DNA from: a virus
Lineage: Duplodnaviria > Caudoviricetes
DNA length: 29,644 nt
Direction: 5' to 3' (one strand)
IMG/VR virus record: IMGVR_UViG_3300011443_000182
Span: 1-29,644 of that record
The notes under the pieces are model-generated. The model had not been told where the DNA came from and ran no database searches. It worked only from the letters and a program-made list of their open reading frames with translations. Below are positions 1 through 9,541 of this stretch, piece by piece. The translations under genes were made by a program, and so were the position numbers. The first letter of the stretch is position 1; the number at the start of each line of letters is the position of its first letter.

Positions 1-366
1 AGTTGGAGCTTCATCCAATAGCTTATTAAGTCTATCTCGTGAGGTATAATCAGGCGTGTACGCCTCATTCATTTGCTTAAGGTAATCCTGTAGAGTTCTA
101 CCAGTATTGGGATCTACCTTAGGAGCCGCGATAGTGGGAGCTTGAATGTTGGAATCCTGTAATGGACGTCCATCAGGCCCCAACACAGCATCCCTATCCT
201 GCTGATTACCTACCTGTTCTAGTCCTGAACTAGTAGGACCAGGTGTATAGGGAGATGATGGATTACTATCTTCATCTCCGTATTCCAACCGCTGACCAGC
301 ACCAGGAGTCAACTGGTCATAGTTGTCGAACAATGACTGGGTTCGGAGTCTCTGTGCGTTAGACAT
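1..366 (-). CDS. Partial CDS running off the window edge; probable internal virion/ejection protein
   Basis: Not in the ORF track. ATG at 366 overlaps the upstream TAA (TAATG). Open for 122 codons to the edge (MSNAQRLRTQSLFDNYDQLTPGAGQRLEYGDEDS...). Function inferred from position only. Confidence 0.7.
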   Translation of the reverse strand, partial: MSNAQRLRTQSLFDNYDQLTPGAGQRLEYGDEDSNPSSPYTPGPTSSGLEQVGNQQDRDAVLGPDGRPLQDSNIQAPTIAAPKVDPNTGRTLQDYLKQMNEAYTPDYTSRDRLNKLLDEAPT

Positions 367-1427
367 TATGGCTTCCTAGGAGCAGAAGGTACATTACCGA
401 ATCCAGGATTAGTACCCACAATGGGCTGAGTAGTTTCAGGCTTCTTCTTAGACTGCTGATACTGATCCCACAGAGGATTAGCTACTCTGCTGACCGTATC
501 AACTACATCCTTGACTCTACCCATAGTCTGTTCATACTGGCCTGGTAGCTGCTGTGCATTGTAAGTATTAGCTACCTGATTACCACCCTGTGTACCACTC
601 TGACCGATTGCTGATAGAGTCTGCTGACCAAATAGCTGACTCATACCGGGAGTGGTACCATAGAGATTAGTCATACCCTGTAATGCTTTGAACTGATCGT
701 TTCTACTAGCTGCTGCCGATGCGAGTGCGTTAGATGCACTACCCGCAGCCGCTGCATTACGCGCACTTGCATTTGATGATGCGGCAGAATTCTTAGCACT
801 AGCATTGTACTTCTGGACATCGAGATCACCAGCTAGACGCTGTTTCTCGACATCAGTCATGCCTTCTAGACCCTTAAACTTATTTGCATTTCTGGTATCA
901 ACCATACCAGCTTCAACATTCTGCATAGCATCAGCACCTAGCTGACCCTGCTCACGGGCCATACGCGCTTGAAGTGCCATAGCATTAGGGGAATAACCAC
1001 CCTGAAGTGAACGCTGTCTGGCTACTTCTCTCTCCGCATTGGCATAAGCTGCTCTAATTGGAGCAGTTCCTCTTGCTCTTAAATTAGAGATATCTTCAGG
1101 TGAATATCCACCAGTTTTACTGAATCCTTCATATCCAGCATATGAATTGAAAGGATCATTGTACTGAATTAGATTTGGACTCCAACTTTCTGCACCATAA
1201 CTACCATCACCACCACCACCCCCACCTCCAGCACCGGGAGTAGCTGAACCTGCACCACTCGCAATGGAGCGATACATATTCATAATATCGGCTTGATTAC
1301 CGAAATCAGTTTCGGAACCACGCCCATAGTTGTATCCAGCTGCTTCAATAAAAGGGTCTATTTGACTCTCATATCGCTGCTGCTGGTAATTCTGCATGTC
1401 TGTTACTGCATTACGGGGAGCAGCCAT
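366..1427 (-). CDS. Probable DNA ejection/pilot (internal virion) protein
   Basis: 353 aa, Gly/Ala/Gln/Ser-rich with helical stretches; follows the tail genes as podovirus ejection proteins do; GAGGTG RBS upstream. Confidence 0.6.
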   Translation of the reverse strand: MAAPRNAVTDMQNYQQQRYESQIDPFIEAAGYNYGRGSETDFGNQADIMNMYRSIASGAGSATPGAGGGGGGGDGSYGAESWSPNLIQYNDPFNSYAGYEGFSKTGGYSPEDISNLRARGTAPIRAAYANAEREVARQRSLQGGYSPNAMALQARMAREQGQLGADAMQNVEAGMVDTRNANKFKGLEGMTDVEKQRLAGDLDVQKYNASAKNSAASSNASARNAAAAGSASNALASAAASRNDQFKALQGMTNLYGTTPGMSQLFGQQTLSAIGQSGTQGGNQVANTYNAQQLPGQYEQTMGRVKDVVDTVSRVANPLWDQYQQSKKKPETTQPIVGTNPGFGNVPSAPRKP

Positions 1428-1437
1428 ATGTCACCTC

Positions 1438-1791
1438 TTAACTCGGAGTGTCGATACCAGCGAGAGCATTCCACAGAGTAGTGATCTGTGATTCCAAATC
1501 AATATCTGCGGCGGTGCATACTGATGTCTTAGTGGCTTCATCGTATGTAGTTGCAGCCACGATATTGACACCCATTACAACTACTGGACCAGCCTGAGTA
1601 GCTGTTTGTGCAGGCGCATTGATTACTCTCTGCGCATAGAATGCACGAGACTGATGGTATGGTGTACCACCTGATTCTTCAAGGACTACACTAGCTACAC
1701 GCGCTAGCATAGCCTGGACACGTTCCATGAATCCACCTGGCCCTATGTCGCGTGTCAATCCCATCTGTTTGACTGAAACTTCTACGGCCAT
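1438..1791 (-). CDS. Hypothetical protein downstream of tail fibre (possible fibre-associated protein or chaperone)
   Basis: 117 aa with GGAGA RBS; position directly after the fibre gene. Confidence 0.6.
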   Translation of the reverse strand: MAVEVSVKQMGLTRDIGPGGFMERVQAMLARVASVVLEESGGTPYHQSRAFYAQRVINAPAQTATQAGPVVVMGVNIVAATTYDEATKTSVCTAADIDLESQITTLWNALAGIDTPS

Positions 1792-1800
1792 GTTATCTCC

Positions 1801-3990
1801 TTAATAGACTAGATACGTGAAAGTGTAGGATGCCGCAAAAGAAGAAAATAATTTAGCACCTATATTGAAAACCATTCCATTAGGATGAGTTGCAGCAAAA
1901 CCTGAATCTCCTCCACCTGAGTATGTACCACCTATATAACCTGCACCAGCAGCCAAAGAAGGAGATGCAATTGGTAGAGATAGACTAAAGTATGCACCAG
2001 CCGCAGCTGTAACAGTTATATCTATTCTACCCGCAACAGTTACACAATTACCTACTCTCATCCATGTTGCACCATAATTTGAATATACATTTACAGCAGG
2101 TCCATTAACTACTGTTGGAATATAATAACCATGATCTAGTCCAACTCCACCTTGCATAAGTTTTTCACATTTAAATCCATTTATTCCAATATTAACACTA
2201 CCATCTCTACCAACAGTAAGAGAACGAGCCCAGTCACCCGCAGTTGGAAGCGTGCCCGCATCATCTGTTGGAATGATATATAGAGCCTGATTATATTCTA
2301 AAATTACATGAGTTTGTGCTCCAGCAGGCTGAGCAGTATTACGGATATGAATTTTTGCAGATCCATTACCTCGAACATATAGACCTTCAGTATTAGTACT
2401 AATGAGTGAACCTGATGTAGTTATATTACCAGTTAAATCAAGAGCTCCATATAGACTCATTCCTCCATTATAAATTTCAGCATATACAGCACTAGCATCT
2501 CTATTTCTAAATGCATGTCGAACTTGATCATAATAAAGAGAAGCATTATTACTCTGAATAGCTCCCTTTTGAATCCCACCACCAAAAAATGAAATAAAGC
2601 CAAGATCAGCAGCAACTAATCTAATTTGAGCATTACCTGCTATAGTACCAAATTGAGTTAATGGAGGAGTAACATTTACTTGAGAGGGATTCATTGAAAT
2701 AAATTCACTAAATACTCCAGCAGAATTAATTCCAGTCAAAGCTAAGGCATTACTTGCTAATACCATATATGAACCACCAATAGTTGTATTGGCTCGTCCA
2801 CTAGCAGCACCAGTTACTGAATAATAGTTATTAGAAATAACAACATGACCTGCATTAATCCCTGCTTCACCTGATTGAAATATAGCAGGTGCTAGAGATG
2901 TAGCAGCTTCACCAATACTTAATCGCTGAGAAAATGATGTCTGACCGAAATTGATTTTAATATTAGCAGTATCGGTAGTAATATCCTCATTGAACTTATT
3001 AGCAGCAGTAAATACATTAGCCTGATTCAGCCATGCATTATTTGCCAGTTCATCAGCTGCACCGAATTGATGCGTAGCCTGATGCGCACCTGGGGCACCT
3101 GAGAATCTAGGATCATTACCTGCTGCTGCCTGATTCGATCCGGTACCTAGTGTTCTCAGACTACCTGTAGTAGGAACTGCATCAACAGCCATTGGATCTG
3201 ATCCACCTGGCTGATGTGTGGTTGCATGTAATGTTGGAGTTGCAGTACCTCCGATTAGACTAACAGTTGCAATACCATTAGTATAACCAAGAAATAATCC
3301 ACCTCCAGCAGCTAGTCTCCATGAATTAGGAAGAGTAACTCGATTATCATCTTTAGTAATGAATGTTTCAACTAGTGTAGGAGATGGACCTATTGGACCC
3401 TGTATACCCTGTGGTCCCTGAGGCCCTATTGGACCTTGTGGCCCTTCTGGTCCGGGAACAGTAGATGGATCACCTTCCGGACCTTCAGGACCGGGTACTC
3501 CTTGAATACCTTGTGGACCAGTAGCTCCTGTAGGACCAGTGGGACCTGTAGCTCCGGGTGGTCCTGGTACTGTAGATGCTGGACCCTCAGGACCTATAGG
3601 ACCGGGAGGGCCTGCCGGACCTGTATCTCCGGGAGGCCCCTGAATTAAGCCTGCATCAACCCATGAATCACCATCCCATACCCAGAGATGACCATCATCT
3701 TCAGTAATGTACCCATCACCCGGTGTATTACCAGTAGGAGGTAGACTACCACTATCAGGTACACTACCTTTGATAACTACACCAGTACCTGGATCTCCCT
3801 TATCTCCTTTATCACCCTTTTCTCCACTACCTATATCCTCTAATTGAGTATTCAGTACTCGCTGATACTGAGTCAACCGCTCAATAAGAGTCTGCAACAA
3901 CTGATAGCTAGTCTCATCCAGTTGAGTCTGAGCTAGAATGGCCTTCAGGTCAGCAAATCCGGGCTGGACTTTAGGTCTCTGGAAAGCCAT
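1801..3990 (-). CDS. Collagen-like tail fibre / receptor-binding protein
   Basis: Long Gly-X-Y runs ([19 protein letters not shown]...), an Mtd_N-like module ([22 protein letters not shown]...LWVWDG), two HxxxHxxGxxD segments and a beta-rich C-terminal domain ([12 protein letters not shown]). Confidence 0.85.
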   Translation of the reverse strand: MAFQRPKVQPGFADLKAILAQTQLDETSYQLLQTLIERLTQYQRVLNTQLEDIGSGEKGDKGDKGDPGTGVVIKGSVPDSGSLPPTGNTPGDGYITEDDGHLWVWDGDSWVDAGLIQGPPGDTGPAGPPGPIGPEGPASTVPGPPGATGPTGPTGATGPQGIQGVPGPEGPEGDPSTVPGPEGPQGPIGPQGPQGIQGPIGPSPTLVETFITKDDNRVTLPNSWRLAAGGGLFLGYTNGIATVSLIGGTATPTLHATTHQPGGSDPMAVDAVPTTGSLRTLGTGSNQAAAGNDPRFSGAPGAHQATHQFGAADELANNAWLNQANVFTAANKFNEDITTDTANIKINFGQTSFSQRLSIGEAATSLAPAIFQSGEAGINAGHVVISNNYYSVTGAASGRANTTIGGSYMVLASNALALTGINSAGVFSEFISMNPSQVNVTPPLTQFGTIAGNAQIRLVAADLGFISFFGGGIQKGAIQSNNASLYYDQVRHAFRNRDASAVYAEIYNGGMSLYGALDLTGNITTSGSLISTNTEGLYVRGNGSAKIHIRNTAQPAGAQTHVILEYNQALYIIPTDDAGTLPTAGDWARSLTVGRDGSVNIGINGFKCEKLMQGGVGLDHGYYIPTVVNGPAVNVYSNYGATWMRVGNCVTVAGRIDITVTAAAGAYFSLSLPIASPSLAAGAGYIGGTYSGGGDSGFAATHPNGMVFNIGAKLFSSFAASYTFTYLVY

Positions 3991-4301
3991 TATGCACCTG
4001 GATGAGAAGTATAGATTTCCTTCATGTAAATTACAATTCGATTAATCTTAACAAATTCATCCATCGTTACATGAGCAAACTCAAATGATGCTCTCTGCTC
4101 TACAAAGTTTACAATTCTATTTGGTTGAACTCTAGTCTTATCAAATATATGCAGTGCTAGCAGTTCCTTTTGTTTCACATAATCCATTGAATGCACTACT
4201 GCCAGCAAATCACCAGTTCCAACCATCCTAATCCGTAATGTTGAGAAGTGTTGAATGTTTTCTCCACTTGACCCCTCACTTGAGATAGCTCCTTTAGCCA
4301 C
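3990..4301 (-). CDS. Small tail protein, possibly the detached C-terminal domain of the nozzle
   Basis: GTG start preceded by GGAGGA; beta-strand pattern; coupled to the fibre gene by TAATG. Confidence 0.6.
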   Translation of the reverse strand: MAKGAISSEGSSGENIQHFSTLRIRMVGTGDLLAVVHSMDYVKQKELLALHIFDKTRVQPNRIVNFVEQRASFEFAHVTMDEFVKINRIVIYMKEIYTSHPGA

Positions 4302-4302
4302 A

Positions 4303-6615
4303 TTATCCTCCCAAGAAAGCGGTACGGAGATTTACCCGAATTGCAAAACTCAGAGATGAACCACCACTATCTAGAAACACATCATGTTTTGCATTATTAT
4401 CAGGATCTAATATAGTTAATCCTCCCCCGAGACCAGGTATAAATGGTCCACCACCTAGACCGGGAAACTTATCATATGGAGGCGGAGTAATATCAGAAGG
4501 ATAGCCACTGTCATTAGCAGGGGGCCATGCCTTACTACGCACCATCATAATATTTTCTCGAAGATGAGTTAATTGATCTATCTTAGTACCAAGTACCAGT
4601 TTATTTGTTTTATACAGGACAATTGAATTGATAATTGGTCTCTCAAAGTCCCACAATGCCCATCGAATATCCTTAGGATTCAATCCATTTGAGTAGTCGG
4701 CAAGTAATAGATTGTTCAAATCATCAGGAAATGTCATCCATAGTTTCTTATTAATTGAATCATTGACTAGTTGAATTTTATGGAAGTTATTTTTATTAAA
4801 GTGATTCCAAATGTTTTCAATCTTCCAACTCAATTCTGGTCGCGCATATGTACCATTGAACAGCATCAATCCAGACTGACTAGCTGTAATCAAATAGTCA
4901 ATGTTAACACCACCAGAATCCAGTACTTCAGCTACTCCATGTACAGGACAACCGATGCCCTCATCTACGGTTTCTACAGGTCCCCACGTAGTAGGTTCAT
5001 CTTCATTATCTACAACAGAATAGGTACGAGTTGACTTAAATAGATAAAGAACGTCACGAAAGGTCTCAGAATGAGTGAGTGGATTTCCATCTAGTGGTGT
5101 GATAATTAGACCATCAACTTGATTGATTGCTTCAGGTTCACCTGCTGCACTTACCCATGCAATTGACCTGTTATCAGGCTTAAGGATATCATCTGTAATA
5201 CCATCTGCCTTTTTAGGATAGCTAGGATCTCCTACAAGTACCATACGAGCATGATATTCACCTAATGCTACTCCTGCTGGAATTTTAGCAAAGTTCTCCG
5301 TCAAGTGAGATGCATCAGCTACCAGATCAGAATCATAATAACTAACTGTCTTCGTTGTATCAGTATTATTCTCTATCGTACCACCTGGGATAAAGAAGAA
5401 CTGATACCCTTTCTGATCTCCGTTGTACTCAGGAATTGTCTTAGTTGATATTAGATGTCTTTTGATGACACCACTTCCAGCAGGCCCAACTGGAATATTA
5501 CTAACCTTGACTCCATAACTCTCATTTATATATGTCTGTCCCCCAAAAAACTCGGGTCCGGGAGCACTTAGATAACCTGTATCAGTTTCAAATACTACAC
5601 CGACCAGATGGAATCCAAGATCGCAAAAATAGATAGTAGGTGGAGTAGTTAAGGGTGCAATTACATTTTCTACTTGTAGTCCAATTTTAACAGGGGGACC
5701 ATAAGTACCAGCTACATATGCCTCAGTAAGACTTACATCGGTAATATCAACTATGAAATTAGGAGTATGGGTGGGAAGATCAATAACTTTAAAGAATCCA
5801 GCCATTGAACCTGGAACATAAGTATTAGCCTTAGTCATATAAAGCTTCATACCTATTGTACCAATGGGTCCAACTGGAATATTAGTTAATTGAATTGATT
5901 TATTGCCCGGTGCATGTGCTACAGCAGGTGCTTGTGGACCAATTAATCCAGCAACATCACCAGCACCAGTAAATGTTACTGCAAATGCATGATGTCCCTG
6001 AGTAACCGTACCTGCAATTTGACTAGTATATGCCAGAAATGGTTTATTTACATAAAAAGTTCCACTAAAACTAATTGAAGGAGGCACACCAGCAGCAGGA
6101 CGTGCTGGTATTGTAGTTCCAACAGCTGTACCGGGCGGACGATAGTATACATAGACAAATTCCCCAGGAAGTCCTAGAGAATAGTTTGTACCTGCCGCAT
6201 CAGGAATAGTATGAAATGGAGTAATATAAGCTCTACCAGCTATTGAAATGAATCCAAAATCTTCCATTCCATTATGTGTTGGTGCAGTAGCTTTAGGACC
6301 AATAGTAAGAATAAGATATACCTCAGTTGGACTTATTACATGATAGAGTTTACCTCCCTCTGTCAATACAAGGAAGGTCTGACCAGTTTGTGTATTATAA
6401 TTATAGACGCGGAGAATTTTAGTAAGATCAATTCCGGGAATTAGTGAGGGTGCATAAGGAGCAGCAGCCTGACGAGTCTCAATTCCTGAATGAATGAATT
6501 GAATATTAGTTGCCAACAACATATGGTCAGCTGGACATGATTCATCATCTCCTCTAGACCAGAGTCCATTGAATTCTTCAATTACAAAGGGCTCATGTCC
6601 TCTAACCTTACCCAT
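4303..6615 (-). CDS. Tail nozzle / stabilization protein (P22 gp10- or T7 gp12-like)
   Basis: 770 aa beta-rich protein after the adaptor; N-terminal EEFNGL; propeller-like segments (YHARMVLVG, AWVSAAGEPEA, DVLYLFK, EGIGCP). Confidence 0.7.
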   Translation of the reverse strand: MGKVRGHEPFVIEEFNGLWSRGDDESCPADHMLLATNIQFIHSGIETRQAAAPYAPSLIPGIDLTKILRVYNYNTQTGQTFLVLTEGGKLYHVISPTEVYLILTIGPKATAPTHNGMEDFGFISIAGRAYITPFHTIPDAAGTNYSLGLPGEFVYVYYRPPGTAVGTTIPARPAAGVPPSISFSGTFYVNKPFLAYTSQIAGTVTQGHHAFAVTFTGAGDVAGLIGPQAPAVAHAPGNKSIQLTNIPVGPIGTIGMKLYMTKANTYVPGSMAGFFKVIDLPTHTPNFIVDITDVSLTEAYVAGTYGPPVKIGLQVENVIAPLTTPPTIYFCDLGFHLVGVVFETDTGYLSAPGPEFFGGQTYINESYGVKVSNIPVGPAGSGVIKRHLISTKTIPEYNGDQKGYQFFFIPGGTIENNTDTTKTVSYYDSDLVADASHLTENFAKIPAGVALGEYHARMVLVGDPSYPKKADGITDDILKPDNRSIAWVSAAGEPEAINQVDGLIITPLDGNPLTHSETFRDVLYLFKSTRTYSVVDNEDEPTTWGPVETVDEGIGCPVHGVAEVLDSGGVNIDYLITASQSGLMLFNGTYARPELSWKIENIWNHFNKNNFHKIQLVNDSINKKLWMTFPDDLNNLLLADYSNGLNPKDIRWALWDFERPIINSIVLYKTNKLVLGTKIDQLTHLRENIMMVRSKAWPPANDSGYPSDITPPPYDKFPGLGGGPFIPGLGGGLTILDPDNNAKHDVFLDSGGSSLSFAIRVNLRTAFLGG

Positions 6616-7322
6616 TACCAGCCTCCACGCGCCTTATATGCAGCCCTGAATGGCCTGTGTCGAGTCATAATTTGCTGTCTGCCCTTGTTACTGATGCTTT
6701 CCATCTTCTCTAGTGCTTGTTCAGCCTTAGCATCAAGAATGGCTGCGCGCTCAACATTCTCTCCTACGAATTGAGCCGCGTATGCAGCAGTCTTATAGGC
6801 TAGAAATGTCATTGAATTGATAGTACCAGTTCCAATTACAGTATCTGGTGTAATATCATATATTCCACGATTTCCAATGTATCTCAATAGAAGTTCACGA
6901 TCAGTAGTTGCTGCAATAACTCTAATCATTTGGTCTTCCCACGCCCAATATGTAAATTTCTCAGCGGGAAGTGCTTCCTTAATAAATTCTGTTCTAATCA
7001 TTGGGGTAAATGGATCATTAGTTCCTGCTAGTCTTTCAGATAATCCCTGAATTTCCACTAAGTCAGCTGGATACAGAGGTCCAGTTACAGCAGAGGGTGA
7101 ACGAATAAAACCCTCACCTTTGGGAACAGTAATCAATCCAGGAGACAATAGTGTTGGAGAGACTTGACTATCCATTAGAGACTGAAACATTTCATCTAAT
7201 GCCATTTTTAGAAATGGAATCAGTACAACATATGTATAATCAGTTTTAGTGGGATCATTCATGAGCACAGCACTACGATCCATTACTTCTTTGGCAGTAA
7301 CATCTGTAGTAGTGGTTGCCAT
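6615..7322 (-). CDS. Head-tail adaptor / tail tubular protein A-like
   Basis: 235 aa; N-terminal helix pattern AKEVMDRSAVLMND...LIPFLKMA and C-terminal helices typical of podovirus adaptors; lies just before the nozzle. Confidence 0.65.
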   Translation of the reverse strand: MATTTTDVTAKEVMDRSAVLMNDPTKTDYTYVVLIPFLKMALDEMFQSLMDSQVSPTLLSPGLITVPKGEGFIRSPSAVTGPLYPADLVEIQGLSERLAGTNDPFTPMIRTEFIKEALPAEKFTYWAWEDQMIRVIAATTDRELLLRYIGNRGIYDITPDTVIGTGTINSMTFLAYKTAAYAAQFVGENVERAAILDAKAEQALEKMESISNKGRQQIMTRHRPFRAAYKARGGW

Positions 7323-7330
7323 GTCTCCTC

Positions 7331-7615
7331 CTATACTACGTCACTAATGTGGAAATTGAAGATCCCTCCAGTAGTATCACAAGCAATAAAGTTAACACTC
7401 CTCAAATCAAATTCCCGAATATGGCTGCCCACACTAATCTGAGCACCACCCAGATTTTGAGGAGTATTGAGATGACCTCTAATTCGGAGAACACAGTGTT
7501 CAAAATCAAACTCCATATTCATGACTGCAGTTGCAGTTACGGCATCTGCCTCCAAACCAGGACCACATTTGGCGAATACATAGAGTCGTCCAATTGGCGC
7601 ATCACCAGCTGCCAT
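7331..7615 (-). CDS. Small beta-rich virion-region protein, paralog of 7624..7869
   Basis: 94 aa; aligns by eye with its neighbour (AKxGP, VM...FDF, I[RK][ED][FY]DL, C....G.F.F.IS). Confidence 0.7.
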   Translation of the reverse strand: MAAGDAPIGRLYVFAKCGPGLEADAVTATAVMNMEFDFEHCVLRIRGHLNTPQNLGGAQISVGSHIREFDLRSVNFIACDTTGGIFNFHISDVV

Positions 7616-7623
7616 GATACCCC

Positions 7624-7869
7624 CTACGAGATTACAAAGGCGAAGTTACCATTGGTGATGGTGCAAGTAACAGTAGTCTTACCAACAAGATCATAATCCT
7701 TGATCAAGTTAGTAGTGTGTACTGGTACTGCTGCATTAGGAGGATCGAGAGTCAACTGAAGACTGTTATCTCGGAAGTCAAAGAACACACCCATTACATT
7801 AGGATGTGCAACTGCCGTATTGACGCGATCCGGACCAATCTTCGCCGTAACTGTAGCTGTGTGAGGCAT
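7624..7869 (-). CDS. Small beta-rich virion-region protein, paralog of 7331..7615
   Basis: 81 aa with AGGAAGGA RBS; shares motifs with the downstream gene. Confidence 0.7.
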   Translation of the reverse strand: MPHTATVTAKIGPDRVNTAVAHPNVMGVFFDFRDNSLQLTLDPPNAAVPVHTTNLIKDYDLVGKTTVTCTITNGNFAFVIS

Positions 7870-7889
7870 GATTCTGTTTCCTTCCTAAA

Positions 7890-8585
7890 TCACTGAACAA
7901 AGGTGAGATTGAGCTTCTTAGCCAATTCAGGATCTGCAACAGCCTTGCAAGTCTGGCAGATGGGATACGCGCCGTTACGCAACGAACCACATGCAATACA
8001 ACGTACTAGTTCAGCGGTCTGATGATCACCCAACCACGGCTTACTAGAAATATTCAATTCCTCACATGCCAATCTAGCGTCAGTAGAAATAGAGAGTGGA
8101 TTTCCATTGCTTCGTGACCACAGAATATCTGCGATACGAACCAATTCCATGTACCACTTTCTCTGATTCTCTCTAGCCTTCATAAGGAGAGGCATATGTT
8201 CCTTCTTCAGCCTTGTTACATCATATTCACCAGGTACATAGAACAATCCCGGCATCATGTCATCCATATTTGCGGCAAGAAGACCATTCAGATAGTCCTT
8301 GACGACACTATCAGCGATTTGAATGGAACTAACTGGAATTTCTAGAAGTGGCTGGTTCTCATCTATCTCTTTCCACCAGCTAGATGGGCCAACAACCAGA
8401 ATGCTAGGAGAATCAAAACTACCAGGTCCCATATCAAAGAATCCCGGCTGGATTGTGGGCTTTCGCTCATGAATCTCTTTGGGCATAATCGACACAATGG
8501 TCGATTTATCAAGAGGATTAACTGATGCACGAATAGTCCGTCGATTATTGTTCTGAAGTCCGGGAAATTCACCCACCATACTCAT
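7890..8585 (-). CDS. Hypothetical protein with C-terminal zinc ribbon
   Basis: 231 aa ending in CIAC-x10-CQTC; TAATG-coupled. Confidence 0.7.
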   Translation of the reverse strand: MSMVGEFPGLQNNNRRTIRASVNPLDKSTIVSIMPKEIHERKPTIQPGFFDMGPGSFDSPSILVVGPSSWWKEIDENQPLLEIPVSSIQIADSVVKDYLNGLLAANMDDMMPGLFYVPGEYDVTRLKKEHMPLLMKARENQRKWYMELVRIADILWSRSNGNPLSISTDARLACEELNISSKPWLGDHQTAELVRCIACGSLRNGAYPICQTCKAVADPELAKKLNLTFVQ

Positions 8586-9127
8586 TAGTTTACTCCCTTG
8601 TAGCTGTTAGGAACTGTGACACCTTCCTTATATCGGAGGGCATCACCTGTATCGGTTTCATTACCGAACAACTCTTCATGCAACTTAGTGATATGCTGTT
8701 CTCTACCCTCAGGAGTAGTGTTTTCTTCCAAATCCACATATTTCCTGAGACTAGATCTACCCATCGCCGCGTAAAGTGTATCAATTATGAGCTTCGTTGG
8801 TTCCCATTTGGGTGGAAGTGGATTACCACTTGCATCTACATACACCCAGATAGGCTCATAAGACAACTTCACATCAGCGAGTTCTTCTCGTTGAAAATCT
8901 GGTACTATGACAAGCCTTTCAAGAACATGTGCGTCCTTGATGTAACTGTACTTACGCACCTCTCGAACAACGGGATGGAGTAGCTCTATCCCGCTGTCGA
9001 GAGTATGCATCAATCGTTTCTCTAATTGATCATTAGCCCATACTATCCTGAAGATAGGTTTTGTCGATGCAGTATCGAGACCAAAGTGGTCAATGAGCTG
9101 CTGATTCAGAGAAGTGATGTTTTCCAT
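8585..9127 (-). CDS. Hypothetical protein, head module
   Basis: 180 aa ORF tightly packed in the operon; no motif recognised. Confidence 0.7.
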   Translation of the reverse strand: MENITSLNQQLIDHFGLDTASTKPIFRIVWANDQLEKRLMHTLDSGIELLHPVVREVRKYSYIKDAHVLERLVIVPDFQREELADVKLSYEPIWVYVDASGNPLPPKWEPTKLIIDTLYAAMGRSSLRKYVDLEENTTPEGREQHITKLHEELFGNETDTGDALRYKEGVTVPNSYKGVN

Positions 9128-9129
9128 GA

Positions 9130-9420
9130 TTATGGAGTCGTGTTAACAGCCCATACACCGGCAGCCTTGACGAATACAAGAATTGCCACACGATTTACAG
9201 GTATTGAAGCACCTGCTTGAATGTTACCTGCAGCACCAAGAGTTACGATAGTACCGGAAGCAACTACAAATAGCAGTCCCGCAAAATTTCTGCCAAAAGC
9301 AGGAACAATAGTGTTAATCGGCGTGGTGCCGGTAACAACTATGACATCTGTTTTAGCAAAAATCTTATCTGCTGCTACGACTACCTGTTCACTAAGTTTA
9401 CTAACTGTTCCTGGAATCAT
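9130..9420 (-). CDS. Possible capsid decoration / head fibre protein
   Basis: 96 aa, Val/Ala/Gly/Thr-rich beta pattern, first gene after the major capsid gene. Confidence 0.5.
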   Translation of the reverse strand: MIPGTVSKLSEQVVVAADKIFAKTDVIVVTGTTPINTIVPAFGRNFAGLLFVVASGTIVTLGAAGNIQAGASIPVNRVAILVFVKAAGVWAVNTTP

Positions 9421-9427
9421 CTTGAGC

Positions 9428-9523
9428 CTCTTTCCCCACCACCGCCATGAAAGAGTAGGTGGATGCTAGCTTCTTACGTGAGGGAGTATGAATGTGACAC
9501 GTAAGCCCAACCGAGCATCCACC
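9428..9523 (-). ncRNA. Candidate structured RNA element between the capsid gene and the next gene
   Basis: Perfect inverted repeats 9458-9467/9514-9523 (10 bp), nested 9473-9480/9498-9505 (8 bp), and 9428-9434/9449-9455 (7 bp, covering the next RBS); no U-tract. Confidence 0.5.
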
Positions 9524-9541
9524 CACAAGTTTAACTTAACA

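Noticed and set aside
1801-2200. Diversity-generating retroelement target at the fibre C-terminus, prompted by the Mtd_N-like module
   Set aside because: No reverse transcriptase or template repeat is seen in the window, and the C-terminus does not look like a C-type lectin variable region.
3385-3830. Repetitive GGACC-rich DNA as a possible CRISPR or tandem array
   Set aside because: Explained by Gly-Pro-X collagen codons; no constant repeat-spacer structure.
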